A DNA stretch of 63,415 nucleotides, the filler included, from Stramenopiles sp. TOSAG23-6 (lineage: Eukaryota), in the NCBI GenBank assembly GCA_900128565.1. It is 11 parts of 11 records of this genome, joined end to end, with 100 filler letters (N's around TTAATTAATTAA, not from the genome) between each part and the next. Parts side by side here need not be neighbours in the genome. Positions count along the whole stretch, not along the records: positions 1 to 10,900 come from LT636288.1; positions 11,001 to 21,853 come from LT636289.1; 9 more parts are not named here. The stretch is one strand, 5' to 3'. The notes under the pieces were generated by a model that saw only the letters and a program-made list of their open reading frames with translations, made no database searches and had not been told where the DNA came from. Positions 1 to 11,058 of the stretch are shown in pieces; the stretch's first letter is position 1, and every line of letters begins with the position of its first letter. The translations under genes and the position numbers were made by a program.

Positions 1-72
1 AAAAACTAAAATTTCTTAGGTACAAACTTTCGTACGAAAAAAAAAACGAATTTGAAAAAAAATAAAACATAC

Positions 73-384
73 ATGAAAACAACCCTTATAGTTCCCCCCC
101 TTGGATCTATGCAATAGTTTATTATTATTTGTTAGGTATCCATACCATTCATGTATTGTAGGAAATATGTATTTTGTTTTTCGTAAAAAAAAAAAAATTA
201 TTTTACGAAAAAAAAAAAAAAAAAGAAAATTGAAATTAAATGAAAATGTACTCCTCCATTTCCACCTCCAGGTCCAGTCCTTTCGCCCCCATCACAAAAG
301 TTTTCATATGCATAAGTATGAATACGTTTTAACCAATCCATCCATTTTAAATCTTTTGTTTTTGTGTATGCCATAGTTAAGGCA
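73..384 (-). CDS. N-acylglucosamine 2-epimerase (renin-binding protein family), C-terminal exons 384-252 and 150-73, partial
   Basis: Manual translation: ALTMAYTKTKDLKWMDWLKRIHTYAYENFCDGGERTGPGGGNGG|EWYGYLTNNNKLLHRSKGGNYKGCFH, matching the family C-terminal EW(F/Y)GYL...KGGxxKGCFH motif. Not in the ORF track. Confidence 0.8.
151..251 (-). other. Non-canonical GT-AT intron (family member)
   Basis: GGA|GTACATTTT...CAATACAT|GAA; removal joins NGG to EWYGYL in frame. Confidence 0.75.
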
Positions 385-455
385 ATGTAATGTGAAAAAA
401 AAAAAAAAAAAAAAAAAAGTTAGGGAAAAAATTTTTTTTTAAAAAAAAAAAAACC

Positions 456-487
<32 letters not shown>

Positions 488-584
488 ATTTTTTGACATG
501 TTCTTCTAATCACGTTTTTTAGCTACTGTACCACGAACCCTCAATTTTAGGCAACTAATGGAATAATTTCAGACATAATACATA

Positions 585-1865
585 ATGTCAAGAGATGGCC
601 TTGGTGGTTCCACAAAGGCGTCAAGTTATAGTTGGGAACAAGCAGAAGAAGCATCTTGGCGAAAGTTAAACCATGATGATGATGATGAGAACTTACACAT
701 GCCAGAGGCCGAATACCAGCGGGCACAAAAACAGAGACAGCAACCAGCAAAACCTTCGGTGCACCGTGGTATGATAAGGTATGTTGTTTTAGTGATAGAT
801 TTGTCGAAAGCGATGAAAGATAATGACATGAAGCCATCTCGAATTGAGGTAGCTCTTGCAGTAGTACGTGGTTTTTTAAGAGACTTTCTTGACCAAAATC
901 CATTGTGCAATGTGGCTTTAGTTGGAAGTCGTGATGCTCGGGCCGAACAGCTGACAGAGCTCTCCGGTGTAGCAAGCACACATATAGAAGCATCAAGATC
1001 AGGACTGATTCCAAGTGGAGAATTTTCATTACAAAACTCTCTTGAATTAGCTCTGAATCAATTGCGTCCACTTCCTTCTTATGGAAGTAAAGAAATCATT
1101 GTAGTACACGGGGCATTGGCGACAACTGATCCATCTGATATATTCTCAACCATTAAAAGTTTGAAGAAACATCGTGTACGCTGTAGTATAGTAAGCCTAG
1201 CTTCTGAAGTATACGCATTTAAGCAATGTGCTTTAATCACAAATGGGTTATATGGTGTTAGTTTAAACAAAACACATTTTAAAGAACTTTTAGGGGCACA
1301 CAATACACCACCTGCTTTGATTTTGGATTCTGTTGGGAGTGATGTCAATGCTGACACTGGGAAAGCTCATTTTATTCGTATGGGTTTCCCTGAACGTCGG
1401 GTGGATAACTATAAATCGCTTTGTATTTGCCATCAGGAATTTAAGTATGAAGGATATTTCTGTCCTAGATGCAGAACTAAAGTATGTGAATTACCAACAG
1501 AATGTCGATTATGTGGTCTGAATTTAGTATCTTCATCGCATTTAGCAAGATCATATCATCATCTATTTCCTGTAGAACCATTCAATGAAGTGAATTATCC
1601 TTCCTTACAATCCTCCATTGATCCAGACAATGCTAGTTCGAATAAATTAAAAATTAAAATTTCATTGAAAAAGAAAAAAGAAAAAAAGAGTAAAAATGAT
1701 AAAAATAACGACTTTGTACAGAAGCAATGTTTTTCGTGTCTGAAAATTCTTAATCCGAATGAAACGATACAATTACAATGTCCGGATTGTTTACATTTAT
1801 TTTGTTTTGATTGTGATCTATTTGTACATGAGTCACTACACAATTGTCCTGGGTGTATGTGTTAG
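585..1865 (+). CDS. GTF2H2: General transcription factor IIH subunit 2 (p44/Ssl1)
   Basis: YSWE N-terminus, vWA-like Ssl1 domain (RGMIRYVVLVIDLS, GEFSLQNSLE), C4 zinc finger (CPRC...CRLCGLNLVSSSHLARSYHHLFP), C-terminal CFDCDLFVHESLHNCPGC; intronless. Confidence 0.95.
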   Translation: MSRDGLGGSTKASSYSWEQAEEASWRKLNHDDDDENLHMPEAEYQRAQKQRQQPAKPSVHRGMIRYVVLVIDLSKAMKDNDMKPSRIEVALAVVRGFLRDFLDQNPLCNVALVGSRDARAEQLTELSGVASTHIEASRSGLIPSGEFSLQNSLELALNQLRPLPSYGSKEIIVVHGALATTDPSDIFSTIKSLKKHRVRCSIVSLASEVYAFKQCALITNGLYGVSLNKTHFKELLGAHNTPPALILDSVGSDVNADTGKAHFIRMGFPERRVDNYKSLCICHQEFKYEGYFCPRCRTKVCELPTECRLCGLNLVSSSHLARSYHHLFPVEPFNEVNYPSLQSSIDPDNASSNKLKIKISLKKKKEKKSKNDKNNDFVQKQCFSCLKILNPNETIQLQCPDCLHLFCFDCDLFVHESLHNCPGCMC

Positions 1866-1991
1866 TCAAAAATGAAATGCCTAGACTTTTTTGAATAAAT
1901 TTTTAAATGAACATTTGTAATATTTTGGTATTTTACTTTTATAATTGAAAATAATGTATACTATTGACAAAAATAATTCCACTGATTTCTT

Positions 1992-2801
1992 TTACAAATA
2001 AATAACTGATGTACAATTATCAAAGGCATCATCACCAATACTAGTTTTGCTATTTGGTATTGTTATAGATTTTAGTGATGTACAATTTTTGAAGGCATAA
2101 TCACCAATACTAGTTACACTATTTGGTATTGTTATTGTTTTNAGTGATATACAACCTGTGAAGGTATCATTACGAATAACAGTAATGCTATTTGGTATTG
2201 TTATTGTTTTTAGTGATGTGCAATTACCAAAGGCACGATAACCAATACTAGTTACACTATTTGGTATTGCTATTGTTTTTAGTGATGTACAATCTTGAAA
2301 GGCCCTATTACCAATACTAGTTACACTATTTGGTATTGCTATTGTTTCTAGATATATACAATTTCTGAAGGTCCAATTACCAATACTAGTTACGCTATTT
2401 GGTATTGTTATTGTTTTTAGTGATTTACAATCACCGAAGGCTTCAGTACCAATACTAGTGACACTATTTGGTAGTGTAATAGAAATTAGTGACATGGCTT
2501 GGAAGCAGAATTCTCCAATAATACTGACAACTGGAGGTAGAAATGTTTTGATATGACGCCAGACATCATCACCTCCAAACCAATACATGCGGTTCCTGGC
2601 TTCAGCATCTTTGAGAATTTGGTTTGTCACCAACTGATTTTTTGTGGTTTCATGATTATTTGTTTTTCCACGACAGCAGCAGAGTAGCATCCACATTTCT
2701 AGTCTTGGGTCTCTCACTACCAACGCTGTTCTCTGATGAAAAATATTTCTTCTTTGTTCATTATCCAACTGACCATTTTCTAATGAAACAAATATAGTCA
2801 T
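1992..2801 (-). CDS. BspA-like leucine-rich repeat protein (LRR_5)
   Basis: About seven 23-aa repeats of the type [23 protein letters not shown]. Confidence 0.85.
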   Translation of the reverse strand: MTIFVSLENGQLDNEQRRNIFHQRTALVVRDPRLEMWMLLCCCRGKTNNHETTKNQLVTNQILKDAEARNRMYWFGGDDVWRHIKTFLPPVVSIIGEFCFQAMSLISITLPNSVTSIGTEAFGDCKSLKTITIPNSVTSIGNWTFRNCIYLETIAIPNSVTSIGNRAFQDCTSLKTIAIPNSVTSIGYRAFGNCTSLKTITIPNSITVIRNDTFTGCISXKTITIPNSVTSIGDYAFKNCTSLKSITIPNSKTSIGDDAFDNCTSVIYL

Positions 2802-3026
2802 CAGTGGCGTTATTTCTTACGTTTTCTTTTGGGGTATTAATACAATGATATTAAATTTTGTCAGTTCACGAAGTGTAGAGCTAGTTTAGCTCTTCATTTT
2901 GACACGTGTGCTTTTTCGACGGTTTCATTCAAACACTGAAGATATCGATAGTATCTCTCATTGCCATAGTATCTAATAATACCTAGTAGTAAAAGTATTG
3001 TGTTTACTATAAATAATTGACAGGAA

Positions 3027-4187
3027 TTGAAATACACACCATACGTATTCAGTAGATCAATGTCAGGGTATAATAATTCTGTTTTAAAAGCATGTGCAAT
3101 ATCAATGAAACTAACAGCTGAAGAACTTAGACAACTTCCCAAAGCTGAGCAACAAGCACATAAGGCTCTCAGAGAGCATCCAGACTTTGCAGATATACGT
3201 GCAGAGGTCGCTAAACAAGGCAAAACGATAATCAATGCTCCTCTCAGTAGGAATGTTTTGGACCGAGAAGCTGCTAAACTCGATCCCACTGGAAAATTTA
3301 AGTTAAAACCTCGCACAAAGGCTGAAGTTCGAGCTAGTGTTGAAGCTGCTTTAGAGCAACGTCGAAAAGAAGATGAGCGTAAAGAAAAACAAAGACAGAA
3401 AACAAGAGATGTATTCGAAACATTGAAAAGTGAGGATAGAGCAATGTGTAACAAGAACAAAATCATGCAAAAGTCAAAACAGAACGATGATGATTGGCTT
3501 GTCGTTGAAATGCCTACGGAAGTGATATCAGAAAAGAAGTCTCTAATGAATGACAAAAAGAAACTATCTCAACCTAATTGGGATGAACTAAGTTTTGCAA
3601 TTGATCAACTTGATACAAAAAATAATAAAAAGGATGAAGAAAAGGAATCAAATTCAGCAACAAACGTATCTGATACTACTATATCTCTACAAGACAGCTC
3701 TCAAAATAAAAAGTGTTTTGTACCAAATGTTGTACCTAAAAAAACTAAAAAAAATCGCTACCGAATGAACCAAAATAATATTCTTGAGATTAAGCCTGAG
3801 TATAGTGTACGATACAGAAAGAAACTTTGTGTAGGTACCAATGAAACTAACCAAAATGATTTGTTAGAGGTTGTCATTCATTTACCATTACTGGATAATA
3901 ATATAGGTATAGAAATTTTCACTGTAGAGAGCTCTACTGATACTTTGAGGTTAAACTCAACAACACAGTACTATAGTTCAAACCCTAACCCTAACAAAAC
4001 AAAATGTCTAAAAGTAATAAATGATTCAATGTCCCATGAAGAAAGTATAACAAGTAGTCAATTGGAAAAAGGATGGTTGTATAAACTAGAAATAAAATTA
4101 CCTTGCCAAGTAGATGAAAATGGATCTGTTGTCGCTTTATTTCGTAAAAAGAAGAAAGAATTGGTCATAAAATTGCCACTACAATAA
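3027..4187 (+). CDS. Protein with C-terminal PIH1/CS-like domain (first ATG at 3060)
   Basis: 386-aa ORF; C-terminus VVIHLPLL...YKLEIKLPCQVDENGSVVALFRKKKKELVIKLPL resembles the CS domain of PIH1/kintoun proteins. Confidence 0.55.
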   Translation: MKYTPYVFSRSMSGYNNSVLKACAISMKLTAEELRQLPKAEQQAHKALREHPDFADIRAEVAKQGKTIINAPLSRNVLDREAAKLDPTGKFKLKPRTKAEVRASVEAALEQRRKEDERKEKQRQKTRDVFETLKSEDRAMCNKNKIMQKSKQNDDDWLVVEMPTEVISEKKSLMNDKKKLSQPNWDELSFAIDQLDTKNNKKDEEKESNSATNVSDTTISLQDSSQNKKCFVPNVVPKKTKKNRYRMNQNNILEIKPEYSVRYRKKLCVGTNETNQNDLLEVVIHLPLLDNNIGIEIFTVESSTDTLRLNSTTQYYSSNPNPNKTKCLKVINDSMSHEESITSSQLEKGWLYKLEIKLPCQVDENGSVVALFRKKKKELVIKLPLQ

Positions 4188-4401
4188 AAAGAAGAAAGAA
4201 TTTCAACCACTACAATAAAACAAAGAAAGAATTTCAAGTTGGTAATAAAATTGTCACTACAATAATTATAATGTGTAAATAGCTAGTGAATATTATATAA
4301 AAATAATATATAATATTTTAAACTATTTGTAAATTATTTAATCATCATCAAAAATATATGTGATGAATTTTCTTCATAGTAATTTCATATACAATAGTGT
4401 A

Positions 4402-7400
4402 TCATACTGCATGACGCAATGCCCGAATTTCCTTTCGATAAATTTCCATTTTTTTTTCTAATTGATCAACTTTTCGTGTCATAAAAGCCATTTGAGTTCG
4501 AGCACCACTAGCCTTTTCTCTAACACGTAATGAATTCTGTACAGCCCAAAGTCTTGTCACTAAAACCATAATTATTGCCCACAAAGAAGCAACACTCAAA
4601 AGTGCGGATTGCAGGAAGTTTGTAAGTACATTTGTAGAAAAAAGATCTTTCAACGGAGTATACGCAGATGTGTCATACATAAATGGTCCACAAGCTAAGG
4701 AACAAACATGTTTTTTGAAAGCAATTTAAAAAAAAAATCGTTAGGTACAAAATTTGGTACATTTTTTTTTTTTAAATGAAAGTAGACAACGTACATATAA
4801 AGTAGAATCTGATATTTTTAAATCATCACTAAGGCCTAACAAATGTTTGAGAGCAACGACAATATTATTTTCAGATGTTAATGATGCATCAGGGTAAGTT
4901 GATTTCAACAATGCGTAACCATCCGCCTCACGATCACATTTTGAATTTGTAATACTTCCACCTGCTCCAACACCACTTCCGCTACATATCCAATAATTAC
5001 GTTCTTCAAAACTTTCATCCCATGACCATGATGATGCTTCATCTTTAAAGACTAAATCAGAAAAATCATCATATCCAGCATGAGTGATAGATACGCCACT
5101 TTTCAGTGATACACTTGATGAAGAACCAGATGTCGGGAGGGTTTCTGTTTTCCATGTTTTATATTGAGTTTCCGTACTTAAAATTGTATCTAGCGTTTGA
5201 CAGTTTTTTGCATTTGTTTCACTCCACAAAAAATTCATAAAAATTATACCAGATATAGCAACGATTACTATGTATAATTTGATGAAAAATACTCCCGCAT
5301 CTTTTGCTGACCATGGTTTGATTGGTTTCCGATAAAAATACTTTAATTGTGTTTCTTCCCAATAAAAGTCCATTATAAAGAATAATTCAGAAAATAATAC
5401 AGCAAAGGGAAAGAATGGAATCACAATGAGTGATAATTGCTGAAAGTATAGTAAAGTGACAATTTTTAAAGATACTAAAAATTCCAACTTTTTGAACTTT
5501 TTTCCTCGGACAACGCAGTAAAACTTCATAACAAATGTGAAGAAAAATGTACTTAATTTTGGTACAAAGAATTCCATAACTACTAAAGAAAACATATCCA
5601 TAGCTGTTTGGTCAAGTCGACACATTTTTGAACTTCCAACAGCAACAGGAGAAAATTCTGATTGTAGAGACCCTCTGGCTCTAGCCAATTCCTGAAGGAT
5701 TACATCTTGTGAAGCTTTGTAGCTTCGTATCAAATACGGATCTGCAAGCATTAATTTTCCTGTAATTGCTACAAACAAATTTACAGTCCTTGCAACATAT
5801 AAACCTACAAGCTTCATTTTAATGGCATCACCAGGATCATCCCATTTCATAAATTCAGTAATTCCAGAAATAAATGGTGGGAGAATTCCATTCATAATGG
5901 AAACAGAAGCTGGAACGATAAAGTCAGCAATGAATATCCACCACGCATTTCCATACTCTGTTTTCAAATATAAATTAATATCAGGATTGTATACATTCAG
6001 TATCACAATTGCAGTAGCACCTACAGCTTGTACAACAAAGTATAATAATGCTCCAACGACTTTTCTCAGGATATATATGTATCTCTCTCGATCAGTTCTT
6101 TGCGCTAATGCTTGCTGCGCTTCTGCTTCAAAAACCATATTGTAAAAACTTTCACCAAAAAAGAATTGTAAATCTTCAATATCATCAACATGCCATCGTG
6201 AATAGTCCCATCCACCTAATGCAATTTTAGCAAACTTAAAACGCGTACTTCCACTTTTATCTTGATGAATAAGATATTTCGTTTTTGTATCTTGTTGTAT
6301 CCAAGTCCTTAGTGAAATTACAACAAAAAATACTAGGCAAAGTAAAATAAATGCTGCATAATCGACTCTTTCACCATCAATACTAGATCCCAAAGGATAA
6401 TCAGGATGACCTGGATTAAATGAAGAGATAAATAACATTTTTGGATAGATAGATGTATTTTGGAAAAATATTTCAAATTTGTTTTTGTTAGGTACAAAAT
6501 TTCGTACGAAAAAAAAAAGTTGGAATTTGAAAAAAAATAAAACATACATCCTACAAATGCAGTCCAGTCTGCTGACGTCCAAGTATACGGAACAGAAATC
6601 GTAACTGTACTAGAGGTATGATCTAATGTACCAGATCCATCTGAAATAGTCCCAAGAGTGATTATATGTCTGATAAGAAATATTAAGGCTACTATAAAAA
6701 GAAATATATATACTTGAATCATCCATCTAGAAAAATCAAAAAATGATGCTACACTTTTTCCATATCGTGCTTCGAGTCTTTGGACGTTTCTCACAAACGG
6801 AGCATTTCTCTCGAAAAATAACCTAATCGTGTTATATAAACGCCAAACAAAATGTTGCATTTTTTCTTCACCATGGTGATGTGTCCCTGTCAATCCTTGT
6901 GATTGTTGTAAAAACTTTGTCGCTTCGGCATATTGTCTGGCGAATTCATCAGAATTTTCTTCTTTTTCGCCCGCTCGACCTTGACTTACAGCTGGAAGTG
7001 CCATTTGCATTGGACCTGCAGGTTTTCCCGAAATCATGGCTTGTTGATATGCTGCAGCGTACATGTATTGTGAAAAAAATGTTTTTAACTTTTAACTTTG
7101 TTAGGTACAAATATTTCACTAAAAACAACACATAAAAAAAATGAAATGCTTATTGAAAAAAGTACTTTCTTGCTGATTCTTCAGCAGCTTCTAAATTCAT
7201 TTTTAAATGACGGACTTTTTTATTCAAACGCTTTCTTTCCTTTCCTAATTTTTCTTCCGTCTCTTTATACTTTTTTCTATATTTTGCTCTCGAATTGGCT
7301 AAACCTGTGACAAGTTGTTTTAACTCAGGATCCATTCCTTCGCCAGCAACTTCCTCCAAAGTCTCTGCTTTTAACGTTTCCTCATCTACTACTACAATAA

Positions 7401-7545
7401 CCTGTTCTTTGGTTTCATTTTCATCTGCCTCATTTGATTTCCCCTCTGTTCCACTTGTTTTTTTCTCACCATCGATCATAAAGTCATCTCCAAACGCATT
7501 ATCGTCAAACGGATCGCTAAAAGGAACAACTTTAGAAGAAAACAT
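4402..7545 (-). CDS. TMC (transmembrane channel-like) protein, 4 exons, about 952 aa
   Basis: LEARYGKSVASFFDFSRW, multiple TM helices and a CGPF motif; removing 7063-7165, 6453-6547 and 4708-4794 gives 2859 nt in one frame. Confidence 0.8.
6453..6547 (-). other. Non-canonical GT-AT intron (family member, phase 1)
   Basis: GGA T|GTATGTTTT...TTTCGTACGAAATTTTGTACCTAAC...CCAAAATACAT|CT ATC joins two ORFs in frame. Confidence 0.8.
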
Positions 7546-8070
7546 ATTCTTTTGGTTCTATTGATTACAGCATTAATTGATTATAATACGGTAGAATACG
7601 GTAGAAGTGTACCTATACAAAAGAATGATTTATATATCGACCCAAGAATCCTGTAGGAAAGCTAATACATGTAATGTGCTAACTATATGCTACGGTCTAT
7701 CTACAGAAGTAGCCGACTATATTCTCTACCGTGCGCTAACTACTTGCACTCTATAAGTCCAAGGTAACGAGGTGTCAAAGCAAAGGGAGTAGCCAGTAAC
7801 CGCCATCCGTTTTTTATGTACGTTACGCTATTTCTAGCTACTGGTACTACCTTAGCTTATACTATTACTTTCGCTTTACTATTAGCTAACCTTGTGGCTT
7901 GTGGCTTTGACTACTATAAGAATATCAGTACATATATACTAATACGCAGGAGTAAATATTTCAGCGTCATTATATATTTGACTGTTATTGAACGTAGAGA
8001 CTACATTGTTTGTATGTCTTTTCTTTGAGAATTTTACCTAATTATATAGTGAGAAAACCACCTATTTACT

Positions 8071-8889
8071 ATGAGTTCTACTTCTAAAATTAGACCTCAA
8101 CCAGAAGACGTAAAACCTTTACGTTTTGCTTTGAAGTTTAGCCCACCTACAGTTCTCCTTGAATATTCATTGCAATCTAGTGGAAAAATATATCACTATT
8201 GCGTAAAACTTAATCGAATGGACTTTAATGGAGAAAATTCAGAAAATAAAGTCGTTGCAAAACTTCGTTCAAAATATGATCTTCTCGTAAAACCAGGTTT
8301 AATTTCCAACGAACAGCTTCGACGTCTAATTGAGCGTTTGTTTGCTGGTGTTCAATCATCAAATAGTTCTAATAACAATCAGCATGATGTATGTTTTATA
8401 TGAATTTCTAATTTAATTTTTTTTTCATACGAAATTTAGTACCTAACAAATTTTAGTTTTTTTTTTTNAAANTATTTTTTCACAATACTTGTACATTCAA
8501 AAAGTTCTTCAAACACGTCTTTCAGAGATACTGAAAAAAAACCAACAGTTGAAAATATTGACATGGTTTTGCCACCGACTCCACCTTCAACAAATCAATC
8601 CAAGAACTCCCAGAATTCTCAAAATGTTTTTGAAAAATATGCCGATGAAAGTATCAATTTGAACAAAATGAATAAACAAGAACTTGATTTAGTAAAGGCA
8701 GAAATGTCTGTAGAATTTGAAAAAAAACGTTTGAGACCAGGCGATGAAGGTTATAAATATGACGTTCAAGTGGATTTTGAAGAAGGAACTGAAGAAAATG
8801 ATTGGGATGATGATGAAAGTACAGATATTGAAGAAAACGAGGATGAAGAAGAATTTAATTTTGACTTTGTGAATGGTGATTCAATTTAG
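8071..8889 (+). CDS. CEP19: Centrosomal protein CEP19-like, 2 exons
   Basis: ALKFSPPTVLLEY and NLNKMNKQELDLVKAEMSVEFEKKRLRPGDEGYKYDVQVDF; intron 8389-8490 (GT...TT) restores the frame. Confidence 0.8.
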
Positions 8890-9010
8890 AGTAAAAGATT
8901 CAGTTTAGTAAAATTTGTTTCATTTTTGGAAGTTGTTATAATTTATTCAGAGATTAAGCCGGTATATACTTCAAAGAAATATAGCCAGCATGCGAACAAG
9001 AAGAATATGT

Positions 9011-9799
9011 TCAATTGACTTTGCTTTCTTTCCCCATTGTTTCATCATCCTCAACAGGAAGTTTCTTAGGGGGGAGCGCATCAATATTTTTTTCAACCTT
9101 TTTATCTTCATCCTTTGCAGGACTTCGAGATCGAGAACGGGAGTATGAACGACGAGGACTTCTTGAGCGGGAAGCTGAACGAGATCTGCTTCGAGATCTG
9201 CTTCGACTTCTGGAATGACGACGTCCTCGATCACGTCGTCCTCTAGATCGACTGCGACTGCGGCTTTGCTCCTTTCGACGTTCCTCCTGAAGGACAATTT
9301 TTGACCGATCTCCAGAGCGCGTCTCTAGCTCAGAACCATCTAAGCCACTTATTGCACGATGCAGATCATCTTTGGTCATGAAATCCATAACGGCAGTTGT
9401 ATCTCCAGTCATATTGGCGTAACCAATGCTTTGAACAACTGGCCTAACGTGGTCTTTCAAATCTTGCCAACTACAACCTCTTGGAAGGTTGCTCATTGTC
9501 ATTCGAAATCCACCACGTCTTGGTGGCGAATTCCTAGGACGACGTTGGGGACCTCGTCTATCCCCTCTAGGATCAGCGACCTCTACTCGGATACGGCGAC
9601 CAGCAAACTCATACCTATCACGGTAGTGGCGTGCATCATCTGCATCATCTCGATTCGAGAACTCAATAAAGGCAAAAGAGGGTCCGTTGCGTGAATCCTT
9701 GATGTTAATGTCCCTAATTCGTCCATATTTATCAAATAGTCTTTCTAATTCTGACTCGCGAACGTCACGTGGGAGACCACCAACAAATAAACGACTCAT
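9011..9799 (-). CDS. Serine/arginine-rich splicing factor (SRSF1-like: RRM, pseudo-RRM, RS domain)
   Basis: RLFVGGL, FAFIEF, SWQDLKD signature, RSRS repeats; intronless. Confidence 0.92.
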   Translation of the reverse strand: MSRLFVGGLPRDVRESELERLFDKYGRIRDINIKDSRNGPSFAFIEFSNRDDADDARHYRDRYEFAGRRIRVEVADPRGDRRGPQRRPRNSPPRRGGFRMTMSNLPRGCSWQDLKDHVRPVVQSIGYANMTGDTTAVMDFMTKDDLHRAISGLDGSELETRSGDRSKIVLQEERRKEQSRSRSRSRGRRDRGRRHSRSRSRSRSRSRSASRSRSPRRSYSRSRSRSPAKDEDKKVEKNIDALPPKKLPVEDDETMGKESKVN

Positions 9800-9902
9800 T
9801 TTAACTCAAATTCAAGCTGTCCCCTGTAGGTAAATTTAAAAGAGTAAGCACTACTCGTGACGCGAATTCGGATCCGATCTCAAATCATATCTGGATTCGC
9901 TG

Positions 9903-9937
9903 AACCCTAACCCTAACCCTAGGGTTAGGGTTTAGGG
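9903..9937. repeat. Head-to-head telomere-like repeats (AACCCT)3 followed by AGGGTT/TTAGGG units
   Basis: aaccctaaccctaaccctagggttagggtttaggg in the divergent intergenic region. Confidence 0.75.
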
Positions 9938-10037
9938 GGTCAAACTTTTGAATGTTTTGAACAGGAACAATCAAGTTGAATCAACCTAATCATTCATTAA
10001 TCAAAACTACCTACAACTGTATGAATATTCATTTTCA

Positions 10038-10846
10038 ATGGAATGTCAAACCTCAAAAGAATCTGCATTAACTGAGATGAATGTAGCAAACAAAGTTCTT
10101 AAAGAACTCTGTAATGTCTGGAGACGAGACTTGTTCTTAAATGTCATTCCCTTCTGGCTTGATCATTCTCTTGACACCAAGTGCGGTGGTTATTTTACTG
10201 CACTTGATGAAGATGGAAGTGTTTATGATGATAGAAAGTACATGTGGCTGAACGGCCGACAAGTGTACATGATGTCTCGTCTATGTGTGGAATTTCCTAG
10301 TGCTGATGTTTGCAAAATAAATCAGTGGAGAGCGGCTGCGAAGCTTGGTGCTGAGGTATTAGATCGAGCTTTCGATGAGAAAGGCAAGTTGTTTTTTTCT
10401 ACTACCCGAGAAGGCATTCGCTTGCACTTACAGCGCAAGCCTTATTCGGCTGTGTTTTATGTACAAGGTGTATTACAATATTCCATAATGCTTCGAAAGT
10501 CTAAAGAATTTCAAGAAGCTGATATTTATTTCAAAAAAGCAAAAATAATGTTTGGAAAATTACAAACCTGGATTCATGTACGTTTGATTTTTTTCAATTT
10601 CGAATTTATTTTTTTTTCGTACGAAATTTCGTACCTAACATATATCACAAAAAACTATATACTCCTTTATTACATAAACCAAGTCTTTGTGGACGTCCAG
10701 AACCACCTCCAAATTTTAAGCCTCCAGAGTGTTCTGTGTTAAGTGATATAATGTGCGTGGCATCATTGGCGCTTGATTTTCTCGATGCACTTGATGAAGA
10801 TTCCTCTGAACGATTTCAATATTTACAAATTATTCGTCAATGTTCT
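10038..10846 (+). CDS. N-acylglucosamine 2-epimerase, N-terminal part (runs into an intron and the contig end)
   Basis: VIPFWLDHSLDTKCGGYFTALDEDGSVYDDRKYMWLNGRQVY; intron 10578-10675 joins WIH|KPSLCGRP. Confidence 0.85.
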
Positions 10847-10900
10847 GTACGTTTTCATTTCAATTTCGAATTTATTTTTTTTTCGTACGAAATTTTGTAC

Positions 10901-11000
10901 NNNNNNNNNNNNNNNNNNNNNNNNNNNNNNNNNNNNNNNNNNNNTTAATTAATTAANNNNNNNNNNNNNNNNNNNNNNNNNNNNNNNNNNNNNNNNNNNN
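10901..11000. other. Artificial contig spacer N-TTAATTAATTAA-N (also 21854-21953, 32791-32890, 43698-43797, 54566-54665, 56043-56142, 57519-57618, 58994-59093, 60469-60568, 61944-62043)
   Basis: Identical 100-nt pattern with stops in six frames; contigs decrease in length. Confidence 0.95.
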
Positions 11001-11058
11001 ACAAAATTTCGTACGAAAAATAAATTCGATTTTTTTGTAAAAAAAAAATAAAACACAC

